From Chrysomallon squamiferum (lineage: Eukaryota > Animalia > Mollusca): a stretch of 64,000 bases of DNA. Positions 29,301-40,785 of the stretch are shown here, in pieces. The stretch is taken from positions 8,494,001-8,558,000 of the forward strand of contig CM022667.1 in NCBI GenBank assembly GCA_012295275.1. Reading direction: 5' to 3'. The number at the start of each line of letters is the position of its first letter. Positions within the stretch are counted from its first letter, which is position 1. The notes below the pieces were generated by a model. It saw nothing but the letters and a program-made list of their open reading frames with translations. It had not been told where the DNA came from and searched no databases. The position numbers and the translations under genes are program-made.

Positions 29301-30025
29301 TTTTACACCTAATTCTGATTTGTTTCTCGTAATTTTTAGCAGTTATTGTGAAAACAGTTTATAAAGAATTACATACCTTTACAACATGATTTAATATTTC
29401 AAAATTAGGTATGCAAGACCTGTAATAATACCATGTTTATTGAAACTGAAATTAAGTGAGATCCTTTATTTAATATGAGTTTAATATTTTTAAGACAAAA
29501 ACAATTCATATTATTGTTCTTCATAATGTCTAAATTTTTATAACATATATATACATACACAAAGAGTTTTCCATATGTAGGAATAGGAGGGTGGCCCACC
29601 CTGCCCCTATTTCTGGCCATCCTTGTGCCCAAAATTCAGAAAATGCCCATCCTCACTTGCCTGAATTCTCAATAAAATGTGCCAAGAATTGTTGCAATAT
29701 TGCCTCAATAGACCAATAAACAAATACAAATGACATTTTTTAGTGCCAGTAAACAAATACAAAAGGCACGTTTAGCTCACAAAAGTTTAGACCTTGTCAA
29801 GTCTGCCCTTTTGAAGACAGGTAATAATGAAAAAAATGCCTCTTTTTCAGTCTGGGGGAAACACTTTGCATGCATACATATAAATATTTTATTGAAAACA
29901 TGTAAACAAAAATGTATTGTTTCTTTATTTTGTAGGTGTATACAATACTAAGTAATTTTGTGGAAAATATGGACAGTGCCTTCAGTGCATTACGAGACAA
30001 CACCAGTTTACCATCACCAACATAA
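9879..30025 (+). CDS. MYCBPAP: MYCBP-associated protein (AMAP-1), multi-exon gene
   Basis: Phase-compatible GT-AG exons: 9879-10050, 12290-12444, 14060-14169, 14464-14522, 14946-15052, 15371-15542, 15863-15983, 16189-16252, 16540-16622, 16765-16886, 17384-17505, 18487-18706, 19014-19086, 19336-19523, ~19960/19964-20059, 20523-20636, 20955-21079, 21636-21745, [cassettes 22737-27865], 28735-28838, 29079-29279, 29936-30025 (TAA). Motifs recognised from MYCBPAP: GPRYNPDGSVISYSILGS, ALMNWQRKMRERK, GKGYRVGSEFW, LEIINDGTTSVYFDWK, QRFYFNNSNGVILPGE, FKSPNAGVFSEQWKFETRP. One +1 indel at ~15918. Confidence 0.9.
10216..10960 (+). mobile_element. Tigger/pogo (Tc1-mariner superfamily) internally deleted element
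   Basis: TIRs aagtggtacctcgacttaaga / tcataagtcaaggtaccgctg, flanked by TA on both sides. Encodes only an N-terminal CENP-B/psq-type HTH fragment (PKKVSAKDSAKKKMQIMSIELKHEIIEKHERG...TILKQKESIKAITPAKG); no DDD catalytic domain. Lies in MYCBPAP intron 1. Confidence 0.9.
12758..13426 (-). mobile_element. MULE/Phantom-like DNA transposon remnant with a FLYWCH-like fragment
   Basis: Inverted ends built from ggaaaaa(a)gtcacag subrepeats. Minus-strand frame from 13078 reads MEVIHSNKGGKTICYKGFMYTKHAICKAKLSWKCVKR* (FLYWCH-like, then stops). Possible degenerate ~9-bp TSD (atggtgaaa / atctgtgaaa). Confidence 0.65.
21235..21445 (+). mobile_element. Decayed 3' fragment of an RTE-clade LINE
   Basis: Broken translation HWTSVGKRK..TWHRTVETDM...TWET.EKLTRNKLW*RNFI matches the RTE ORF2 C-terminal pattern W.P.GKR..GRP..TWRRTVE...W....A.DR..WR..V. 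Confidence 0.65.
22737..27865 (+). CDS. MYCBPAP: Cluster of candidate symmetric phase-1 cassette/micro-exons of MYCBPAP
   Basis: AG/GT-bounded open segments: 22737-22781 (45 nt), 23889-23954 or -23984 (66/96), 24820-24839 + 25052-25088 (20+37), 25799-25840 (42), 26062-26079 (18), 26449-26523 (75), 26983-27024 (42), 27854-27865 (12). All keep the frame between the exon ending 21745 and the exon starting 28735. Confidence 0.55.
29562..29865. mobile_element. Possible degenerate hAT-type MITE
   Basis: Imperfect inverted ends (aagagttttcc ... gggggaaacactt) and a GC-richer interior with repeated tgcc(c) motifs. No clear TSD. Confidence 0.3.
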
Positions 30026-31489
30026 ACTTACTGCTGTCAGATACAGCAATGACAGATCTGTGATACATAACTCATTGACTCTTTTTCTGTTTTATATGTC
30101 TGTCTTGATTTAACAACATTCCACTGATTAAAAACAAATATATTTTATAAACAGTTGTAAGACTATTGACATATTGTTTTAATGTTATAAAGGAAAAATG
30201 TATTTTTGTAATAGTTGTTGACAAAAAAGTGCCAGTATTTGAACAGTTAGAAATTCAGTGTTGAAAAGTTTACATATTAAATTTGTTTTCAGGAATAACC
30301 CATTGTTTTCAGAGTTTAATGAAATTTCTTTTCAAGTTACAAAATAATAGTATTTTGCTTTTCTGATTATAGTTTTTAAATTATTATTAACACTTATATT
30401 TATTGGTTTAAAACATAAACAAACACTAGAACAAGATTATTAATAAATTTAAAACAGGTTAATATACAAGGAGAACAGTTATTATATATGCATTAATTTT
30501 CAAACATTTGTATGCATGTACCTATGCAGACACACACACACACACACACATGCACATTAAAGCACAGTTTAAGGAATGGCCACTTTCTGCTATAGTTTTT
30601 GTTTCACAGAATAAACAGGAAAGGACATTAAAGATTCTTGTTAACTAAATTTTCACAGTTTATATATATATATATATACACACACACAATAAAATGAATC
30701 AGATAAGTGATATCAATGCTCATCTAGTAGTGGTCAAATTTTTTTCTTCACTTCAATATTGTTTCATTCCTGGTTTTCTGTGGGTTTTTTTTTAATTTTA
30801 TTTTTTTATGCTTTTTTTTTTTGGTATCATTATTCAAAAGATAATATCTCTTTTCCTTTTTTAATTCTGAATTTATGATCCATCTCAGTGATAAACACAC
30901 TGACATGTTTTATCATGTTGTAATCTCATTCAAAATAGGTTGCTGTCTCAAAACCAGTTTCTTGTGATAGATATCCTCAGATACACTCAAAGCTTCAGAA
31001 TCCTTTTTTCTCCTATATTTTTCCACTTCCTTTAAAATATTTTATTATTCACCTCTTAATTTCTAACATTTTAGTTTGTTAATGTAATAATTATCTGAAA
31101 TTGTCAGAACACTAAATTTAAGTGTTTTGTATAGAATCATGTTTTAAAATGAACATAACATTATTTATTTTTAGTAATATATTTCGAGAATTTTTAATCA
31201 TGATGTACACTTAATATTTAACACAAAACTTAATTTTTATGTTTTTATTAAGTTAATTTATTTTTTCATTTTTTCATTTATTTATTTATTTATTTTATTT
31301 TAATTTTTAAAATTAAGACAAGGGACTTAAAGAACAATTTAATTAATTTATTAATGGCATGATTGGTACTAAACTGTAACTGGTACTATGTACATTTTAG
31401 CATCAATCATAGACATTTATATAAACATTCATAATACAACATGCTCAGTCTAAAACACATTTCAAAACCTATTTATAGCCTCTGAGGGT

Positions 31490-32392
31490 TCAGACATGCG
31501 TCTTCTGGGCACACACACAAACTGGCAACCAAACGACTGCAATTATTTAAAACTGTCTGAACTCTTGCTGTGACATTAACCAGTGTGACTGCACCAGACT
31601 TATTCGTTGTGCCAGATCATGACAAATTACTTCTTTTCTCCGACATCCATTTCAAGGACAAGTCACTTAGTTTTATGTATTATTTGTGTAAGTCTTAATG
31701 AGACATCTGCACACAAAATGAAAATGTTCACAGGAGACCTTTACACCCGATACAAAATATCACTCAAAGGTTAATGACACACACACACTAACACATTAAC
31801 ACATCCATATGTCTACTATTTAGTAACAATAAACTAAAATACATATTTACATCATAATGTTGCAATAATCTGTTTTGTAAAAATGGAATAAATAATCTGG
31901 ACATATTGACATAACTTTATTAGTCACAAAAATGTTGCGAAGTACAATACATCATTGTTAAATTTGAGTTCCATCTTACTTCAATATGTTTGTTACACTT
32001 CTCAAATTGTTGTTGATAAAAACAAAATCCTTCTTCAGCCATTTATATTTTTTTTATAATACTTGTTTGATGTGTTTCTAAGTTACTTTAAGATTTCATT
32101 ATTAATCAGTTATTATTTGTCATAATAATTATTTAGAAAAATTAAATATTTCATAATAATTATATTTTGTTCTTTCAAATTTGTGTTGAAATTTCTCTTA
32201 AACTTGACTTTTTATGAGCTTAATAAAAACAAGTTTTATCATTTTGAGTTGTTGTTTTTTAATTTGATGACTTGAACCTATGTAATTTGGATTAACCTGT
32301 ATCTGAATAATATGAAGAAATAGCTAAATTTTTAGGAGCTTAATCATTTATTATTTTGAATTTGTTTTTTAAACTTTAATAACTTGGATCAA

Positions 32393-32435
<43 letters not shown>

Positions 32436-32680
32436 ATAATTATTTATTTATTTATTATTACTTTTTTTTTTTTTTTTTTTTTTGGAGTGGCAATCATTGA
32501 ATTTAGAGCTAAACAATCAACAGAGATGAACGATAACTGATTCACCTTTACTGTCTTTGATTTGATGAAGCCAGTTTATTTGCTTTGTTTTTTAAAATAA
32601 TGCGAATATCTGTCCATGTGCTATTAAAATGTTTGGTATTTTCATTTGAAACCCAGTTTCACATATTGCATTACATTTAG
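31490..32680 (-). pseudogene. Probable pseudogene of a cystine-knot (Spaetzle/IL-17-like fold) protein
   Basis: Minus exon 31706-31490 follows a tgtgcag acceptor and reads in one frame CLIKTYTNNT*N*VTCP*NGCRRKEVICHDLAQRISLVQSHW...*IIAVVWLPVCVCAQKTHV*, with 4 internal stops and a terminal P-x-C-x-C. Upstream piece ~32680-32546 reads CNAICETGFQMKIP...Q and ends at aag|gtgaat. Confidence 0.35.
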
Positions 32681-34747
32681 ATTTTGACAAAGTTAATTTT
32701 TATTTAAACTGCTAATCAGATTTTAAAGTGTTTTCGATTATTTATTTGTGCTATTTTAATTTTTTTTAACATTTTCATAAGAAGTACTGAACAGCCTATA
32801 TTACCCAATAACAACAAATAATTATGATTGCAAGTTCATTTTCAAAAGGATCATTTAATTCCTGTAAATTATTCATTTACGGGTTGCAAAGCATTGTAAG
32901 AACATTTACATACACTAGTAATATTCAAACTTTTAACCATAAAAAAGAAAAGAAAAAAAAGGACAAGGAAACACTTAAAATTGTAGCATGTGATATTTTA
33001 CAAAATTTGTTTGTTTTACTAGTAATCACGAACATTATTGCTTCACTCCAAACTAATTAGTCTAATAAATAATAATAATAATAATTTAAAGTAAATATAT
33101 ATATATATATATATATATATAATAATGACGGTCGCTGACGCATAGTTACACGACCATCAATCTAAAATGTGAAATGAGAAAATTTATCTCGTAAACATCC
33201 GTATTTTATCATGGACTTTTTAATGTTCTTTATATTATTAACAAACATTAATGACAGAGGCCAACATAACAGTATCATTTGAAAAATTATTTATTTGTTT
33301 ATACCATCAGATGTACAGTTTATATTCGAACCCATGCTTAGTAAGTTATGTATTTTATTAGGAAACGAAGCAATAACTGAATATTATTAGTCTACATCTT
33401 ACATTATTTTACAATACAATATTCCTTAAAAGAATGATAAAAAATAAAACATGTCATATATGAATATATAAAAGGTAGTAATAACTTTATCAAATGTGAT
33501 AAATAAATTCCTTGGGTCGTATTTCAATATTCGTAACTAAATTATGAAGCGCATTACTGCAGGTTTAGTGCTACTGAACTCACAATTACTAACTACGATT
33601 GGCATAATAATGATAATTACCTAGTTTATGCTCAAAGTTTATTTTGCCGAACAAAATTATTTTCAATATTATTTTAAATACAAGCATAACATTGTTAACA
33701 AGTCACTTTCATTTGGATCATGTAGATCGTAAGAAGTAATTTATTACGAAAATTTGAACCCAACATTCCATTCTGTTGAGTTCAGAATAGTTTAATTTTT
33801 GTGTTTCATTGCCCAACACCTATTAATCATGGTTCGCCTTTCCTAACGCCTTTAATATCTTTAAATTTTGTTACTATTTGACATTACAATGATTACTCGC
33901 TTTACCGCACATACACGGAAAACAAACGATAGGTGAGATATACTTCATCTATTCTATCGTTTATTTTCCATGTATGTGCGGGACAAACCGATCTACTGGC
34001 CAATCAAAAGTAAGTTACTAAAAATAGAAATAGCAATCATGTCGGTAAAGGAGTAAACAAATATAAATTCCATTTCTAATCATTTAACTGATTCTTCAGC
34101 ACCGCGAGGTAGGTAGACATTTGTGCATAATTACATTTTTAAAACAGTTAGATCTAAAGTAACAGTTGTCTAGGTTTATAATTTTTATTATCAGTTTTCA
34201 TAGTCTGTTTCAGTCACCATAGATCGACGAGAAAAAGTAAGGTCTCACTCTTGCCTTTTTATAGAGCACCGCTTCACTGATCTTGACAATTGTTAGGATG
34301 AGCTTAATGATTTTTGTCATTAATGCGCCAGACGCAGTTCATTAAAAGAAGCAGGCGCAACAATAATTTTTACTACTAATAATGGCGAAGTGTTTCGTTC
34401 GTTTTCTCCACCTGTACAAACATACTAAAAACGAAAAACATCCATTTTGTTTCCGAAAAATTAATCTATACACAACTTTGTATCAACGTTGTTAATGAAA
34501 TATTTATTATAATTATATTAATGATTTAATCGTCTCCATGAATATTTATATTTCAATTCTATTGAACAACATCAACAACAACATAATAATAATAATAATA
34601 AGATTAATAAATAAATAATTAAAATAAAAATAATAAATAAACAATAAAATTAACATGAATGAAGTTATTATTTTCAAATGATGTATAAAAACGATTATAT
34701 ATGAATTTAAACATAGTTACAAAGGTAACAAAAAACCCAACACAAGA

Positions 34748-35303
34748 TTAAAAAATGGATAGTTCGCTATCCAAGGGTTCGTTTCTGCTGTCACTTTTGT
34801 TTGCCATGCCACACTTTGAGGACTTGAAAATTTTGAGTTTCATTGTCACGCCAGCATCTCCTTCATGATGTGATTTTACCATCCACTTGGATAGGCCTAG
34901 TGTTCGGTTAGCCCATGTTGTATTGTTATTCAACCATCCAGAAGAAAGGCACAAAGCAAAAGTGACAATGCCCCAAATGACATAGAAACTGTGAAGTTTC
35001 ATTTGTATTTTGACACTTTTGGGGATGGAATCATTTTCATTTATTTATCTGTAAGGTCAGCAGTTGCGTTCTCCACTTTGAAAATCCTTGTAGAAAACAT
35101 TTCATGCTTCAGAAAACTCAGCTTTACATTTCGTTGGAGATATCTAGGCATTACAATAGGCAGTTTTGTTTAAATCTGCATAGTTTTATATTGCTGGGTT
35201 GAATGATATGAGGACACGAACAATGTTAATAGAATAAAATTCTTTTTATGTCCCTTCTAATTTAATTTTCCTTATGAATCCAGAATCATGGAACACTCTG
35301 TAA

Positions 35304-35355
<52 letters not shown>

Positions 35356-37992
35356 TAGTAAATTAAAACAAAAAAATTAAATGAAAATAGACATTGCCAA
35401 GAAGAACTAAAATGCTATTAAAAAGTGTATTAATTAGCTTATTCATTCATTAGAAGGAATTATTTGATTGTATTAATCATTATTTATGTGAATATCATTT
35501 TTAATTTCATAAAGATGTTTCAGTCTGTGTTAGGCTGAGATAAAAATGATATTAAGATATATAATGAGTTATATAAATGTTGTAGGAATATATCAGATTA
35601 TATGCAGTTCCAGTAAATGTCCCATTTGAGCATTTAACACAGCTCATTGATACTGATGCATAATGCATGTATTGGTTCATGACTGGATAATATAGACACA
35701 GGGTTTTTTTATTAAAGATTTTATCTGGTTAAAAGTGGCAGTAACAGTAATAGTTGTTATTGAAATAGTAAAGATTTAATCTTTAAGGAAACAGAAATGA
35801 AATTTTTTATGATGTACTATTTCATGAGGCAAAGTTTTTAATATTTGTATAATCATACGATTGCTGTATAAATTAACTTTTAATTATCCTTCTACAAACT
35901 GTAAACGTTTCAGAGGACTGTCAAGAATGTCATCTTTTGTTCTTTTTAGTACTTTTTTTTTTTTTTTTTTTTTTAACCTTTTCTTGAATGATTTTTTTTT
36001 TCTTCCCTATAGTTTTAAGCCATTAGTGTGTGGTAACATTAATGATTCATTTGTTAACCTTATTGCTTTGTTATTGACACAGCAAAGATTTAAGCCTGAA
36101 GGAAAAAATAATATAAATTTTATGATGTACTATTTCTTAAGGCAAAAATTTTAATATATCTATATTATCATACTACTGCTGAATAATTATCCTTCTTCAA
36201 GGTTTTAAATGGTTGAGAAGAATCTGCGGTCATTTTTCTTTCTTTCTTTTTTTCTTCTTTTTCATCATTTCTTGGACATGCATCGTTTCTTCTTTTTTTT
36301 CTTTCTTTCATAGTTGTAAGCTGATACTGCACTTAATTACTGCAATTGCTGCGTAACTGTGTTTTAAGTGGGATCTGTACTAAGTGTACAACTAACAAAC
36401 TATCCATCAAATTACTTAATTCGTTCTGTCTTCAGCGTTGACAGCAGCAGAACTTGACTCAGTGTTTCAGCAATGTCTGTTTTTGTGCGTGGTGATGCGC
36501 TGTGCAAATTCCACGGCTGGGCAGTTTGACCAGTTTTGACCAGTTGTAATAGCTTTTCTGTCTTCCCCTGACAGCCTGGTGGAATGCTAAATGAAATAAA
36601 ATATTTGGTTGTCAGTGGGGGGGGTGGGGGGAAACAAAAATTATTACATTTTTTGTTGCTGTCATCATCAGTTTATTATTATTGTCATCATTATTTATTA
36701 TTATTGTTATTAATGTTTTTGTTTTTATTGTCATCATTATTTATTTTTATTGTTATTATTATTTATTTTTACTATTACTATTTTTATTTCTTTCATTATT
36801 TATTATTATCATTATTGTTATTATTATTTATTATTATCATTTATTATTATTGTTATTATTATTACATTATCATCACCATCTTCATCATCATCATTATTAT
36901 TATCATATTAGTTGTTCTTGTTAATGATGACATGATGAAAGAAGCAAATTGTAAAGGTACAAAAACTAAAATATACAAGTTATTTTTGAACAGTTTCAGA
37001 CACTAGAGCTTTCAGCCTCATGTACTGAAATGTACTTGGTAAATGCTGCTTTGTTTCTGCATTCCAGTAAACTTGCAAAGTCCTGTATGACACACCAAGT
37101 TTATTTTGTGTTTCCCAGTTCATCTGGAGTACAGCACTTTGCAGTACTTTACTAGATGGATTGCTGTGAAAGTCTGGTGATTGCTGGTCACTGGGTCATC
37201 AAACATGATGTCAAATATTCCTCGACATGGATCTGCCGTGGGCTGGTGAATTACTGTGACATCTGACAGAGTTTTAATTAATTCTTTCAAAAATGTTTCA
37301 CATTCTGTTAATTTTATGCCTTTAAGGGATGATCTCGTTACGAAAACAAAGAGATATACGTTTGAAATTATGCAGATGTAATATTTGTCTCATATATTTA
37401 TAGTCCATATCTCCCCCCCAAAAATTTCATTTTCTTTTCTTTCCTTGTAATATAAAACATCATTTACTTCTATAATTATGTAAAATTTATTCAAAATTAA
37501 TTTATTTATGTCACATTATATTTTTCTGCATATAAAACTGCTGCTTTAATTAGGAAATCTGTCTTAAAGGATTACTGATAAGCTTAATGCTGTCACAATG
37601 AAGAGATACTACACCTTTTTTTTTATAGCGAGAAACCCTTTTTATCAATACAGCTAGAACTTTATAATAATATAAGTGTGTATTTGCTGGAGCTGACGTT
37701 CTGATTCAGATTGTTTGTATTGTCACAAATGTAGATCAGACAACAGAGATGTCTTATCACAAGTAAATAAATGGTAGTCTGGCAGCTGCTGCAATTCATG
37801 ACCTCTGAACAAAATGCCACTGTTTGCTTCTGTCTCAGCATTGATCAAGATTGATCTTTGAGTGAGGACTGTAACAAGACAGTTTAGATTACATAACATA
37901 GATGACATCTACCAGAGAGGTACACGCCCTTCCACACCAAACATTTAACTTGGTCCAGATACCGTTTAGTTTGCAGAGACTTTGCTGTGTTT

Positions 37993-38044
<52 letters not shown>

Positions 38045-38489
38045 GATTGCTGTTGTTGTTGTTATTATTATTATTATTATTAATATTATTATTGTTATTA
38101 GTAGTAGAAGTATTAGTAGTAGTAGTAGTAGTAGTATTTATAATATAAATATACAGCAGAAGGCAATACCACTACCATCAGTTACAAATTTATATGAAAT
38201 AAAAACAACGACTCTAAACAAAACTGTGTGAAATATTCTCATTTTATCTTAAACAACTTTAAATTATTCGTTTAAAAGTTTTAAACATCATCAGGGGAAT
38301 ATGCATTACTGATATTCTCCAAGGGGTCACTCGGTAGGAATATATTTTATGTAAAGTGAGAGATTCTCTTTGTATATTATTTACCGATGGTGGTGTAACT
38401 CCAGTGAATGCAGTGTTTACATTATGTGTTCCAGTGCAGCTTCAAGTGTCACGTTTCTGTTGGTAAACACACACCTAAAAGACCAACAG

Positions 38490-38530
<41 letters not shown>

Positions 38531-39270
38531 GCATTAATCTTCATCATTATCATATTAAGTAAATAAATAGGAAAAATAAATATAGATTATCAGTTTTTAT
38601 TAAATAAATATAGATCAATATATAATCATATAATAATGCATCTAGGTGTGTTTTAATTAAGACTAAATGTGTGTGAGTTTGTGTGTGATTCTGGTGCATG
38701 TTTATATGTGTGCATATCTATAGTTTATCATGTACGTATATGAGTGTGTGTATGTGTATTTTTAAAATTACTTTTAATTACTGAACGTTGATCACAAATT
38801 TTATTACCATCTATCTATTTAAAACTGGTGTCTCAGTTATCAGCCTTTCATTCATTCACCTTGATGTTTTAATGAAAGGAAAAGAAAAAAAAAGAAAAAA
38901 AGACATCCCATGGAAAGTCTGACATTACAAAATACTTTTTAATGTAAGCATGTTGACGGTCCTGGGCTGTGACTGACCAGTCACTTGTACACACAGAACA
39001 AAGTTACGCAGCCTACGCGACCGCTAAATGGAACAGATCCATAAGTTAACGTGTACTATAGTATTTCAATGCGTACAAAACGTACCAGTCACTGTGAACA
39101 ATGCTATAGCTCGGGTTGTGTTGGTGTTTTTTTACTGGGTGTATATATATACACGCACATCACCTCAGCTTGGCACATACAGATTCATTTCTCCTGGTGT
39201 GCAGTGTATAACTTGTGTTTAGATATTTCAGTGTTTGATCACCTAACGTCAATCGTTCTGTTTGTTCAGC
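34748..39270 (-). pseudogene. Probable decayed multidomain membrane-protein gene (PAN - EGF-like - Sushi - PAN - Kringle - Kringle - TM)
   Basis: Splice-bounded minus segments with stops and frameshifts: ~39270-39086 (SVCAKL...SYSIVHSDW|), 38474-38385, ~37987-37927 (SLCKLNGIWTKLNVWC, Sushi end), 37868-~37630 (TCDKT...QYKQSESE.QL), 37262-37036 (CCTPDELGNTK*TWCV...LEC, kringle-like), 36586-36328 (PGC...KTGQTAQPWN...STDPT...IKC, kringle-like), 35297-34748 (several stops, then hydrophobic FYVIWGIVTFALCLSSG). Domain calls are by eye. Confidence 0.45.
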
Positions 39271-39468
39271 AAACTCGCTGGGGTTTTTGAGTGAGTATAG
39301 ACATTTTTTTCTTTTATTTGTAGAACCTTGACTGTTTTTTTGGTTTGTTTACTTTTGTCACTGCTAGTTGTGAAAGGTTGTCCTGCATTAATTAAGGTTA
39401 ACATGTGTTTTTGTTTTTTTGATTTGTTATTTTTGTCTGAATTATTTATACAGATATGTAAACTAGTA

Positions 39469-39536
<68 letters not shown>

Positions 39537-40609
39537 GTTTTAATATCTGGTGAATATTAAAAATATGTTATAATATAATATACAGTATTAAAATATATCA
39601 TAATATATTAGATATGACATAATACATAATAATAACGTGTTAAGTAATATATATATTAAAATTTATAATATATAATGTAATTTATTTTTTAAAATGTACT
39701 CTTTTGTTATATATTTGATTATTCATTAAAACTGCACAAGCAATAAAACATTTCTTTGAAGTATTGAGAACAATATATATAGATATTCAACTGCAAACGA
39801 GTACATAAAAAGAATATGTACATTGATATCACAGTAGGCAGACTTAGAAAGAAGCAGTTTAAACATTCATAAAGAAATACATATTTGTTTCTAATTAAAT
39901 TATAGTTGTGCTAACAAACACCATGAATACATTTTTCATTCTTTTTATTGTTTGTTTCACTTCTTCCTCAAAGCAGACATCTAGTGTTAATAAAATACCT
40001 GAAGGTGAAATAGTAACTCTGCCTCTCAGTTATTCATACACGATGAAATAAATTAAACAAGATTGAGTGAATAAATACAGAAAGTCAGTGAACATAAACA
40101 TCATTTATATTTTATTTTTTTGTTGTTTGTTTCCGTATAAGAAAACAAAAATTATGTGTACATGAGAAACTAAAACAGCAGTCTCTTTGTTTCTTTGAAG
40201 ACCAGTTTGAATTTTTCTCCTTTATTATTAGGAAAGGTTGATGATACGACACAGTAATATAATTACACAAAAGCAATAAACCGTCTGTTTGTATTTGTAT
40301 TTGCAAAACTCTTTTTATATTAAATTACATACATCCATGACAAGTAGATTAAAAAATAAAAGTAGAAAAAAAAATCTTTGTGTTGAAGAAGATGAAAACA
40401 AGAATTACAACCTGGGAAAGCTGTTTTATTTGAAAAATTATCTGCACTGGAGAAGAAAAAAAAAGGTTTGAAAAGTAAGAAAAACTAAATAAAAGGTTTT
40501 ATCACACCTACACCATTAATAAAGAGCAAAAATCAATTTAGAAGTCTTGTTAAGAAAGTTGCACTAACTAAATACAAGGTTAATCTATCAGTTTGTCATA
40601 TGATACTAT

Positions 40610-40785
40610 ATAAAGCATTGATTTTCTTTTTTCTTTTTCATTTTTAATAATTCTTTTCATTTTTCTGCTGATACTGAAAATTCTGAAATATTTGAAAAGC
40701 ATCGATTTTCTTCTCTTTTTTTCATTTTTAATATTTTTTCCATTTTTACTGCTTATACTGAAAATTCTGAAATATTTGAAAAGCT
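40610..40785. repeat. ~84-bp tandem duplication, 2 copies
   Basis: Repeated aaagcat(t/c)gattttct...tactgaaaattctgaaatatttgaaaagc block. Confidence 0.75.

Noticed and set aside
33900-34450. CpG-richer block with a CCAAT box
   Set aside because: Could be regulatory, but no transcript structure or ORF could be tied to it.
36584-37006. Hydrophobic poly-Ile/Leu/Tyr ORFs here and at 37902, 52850 and 55156
   Set aside because: Translations of (ATT)n microsatellites, not membrane proteins.
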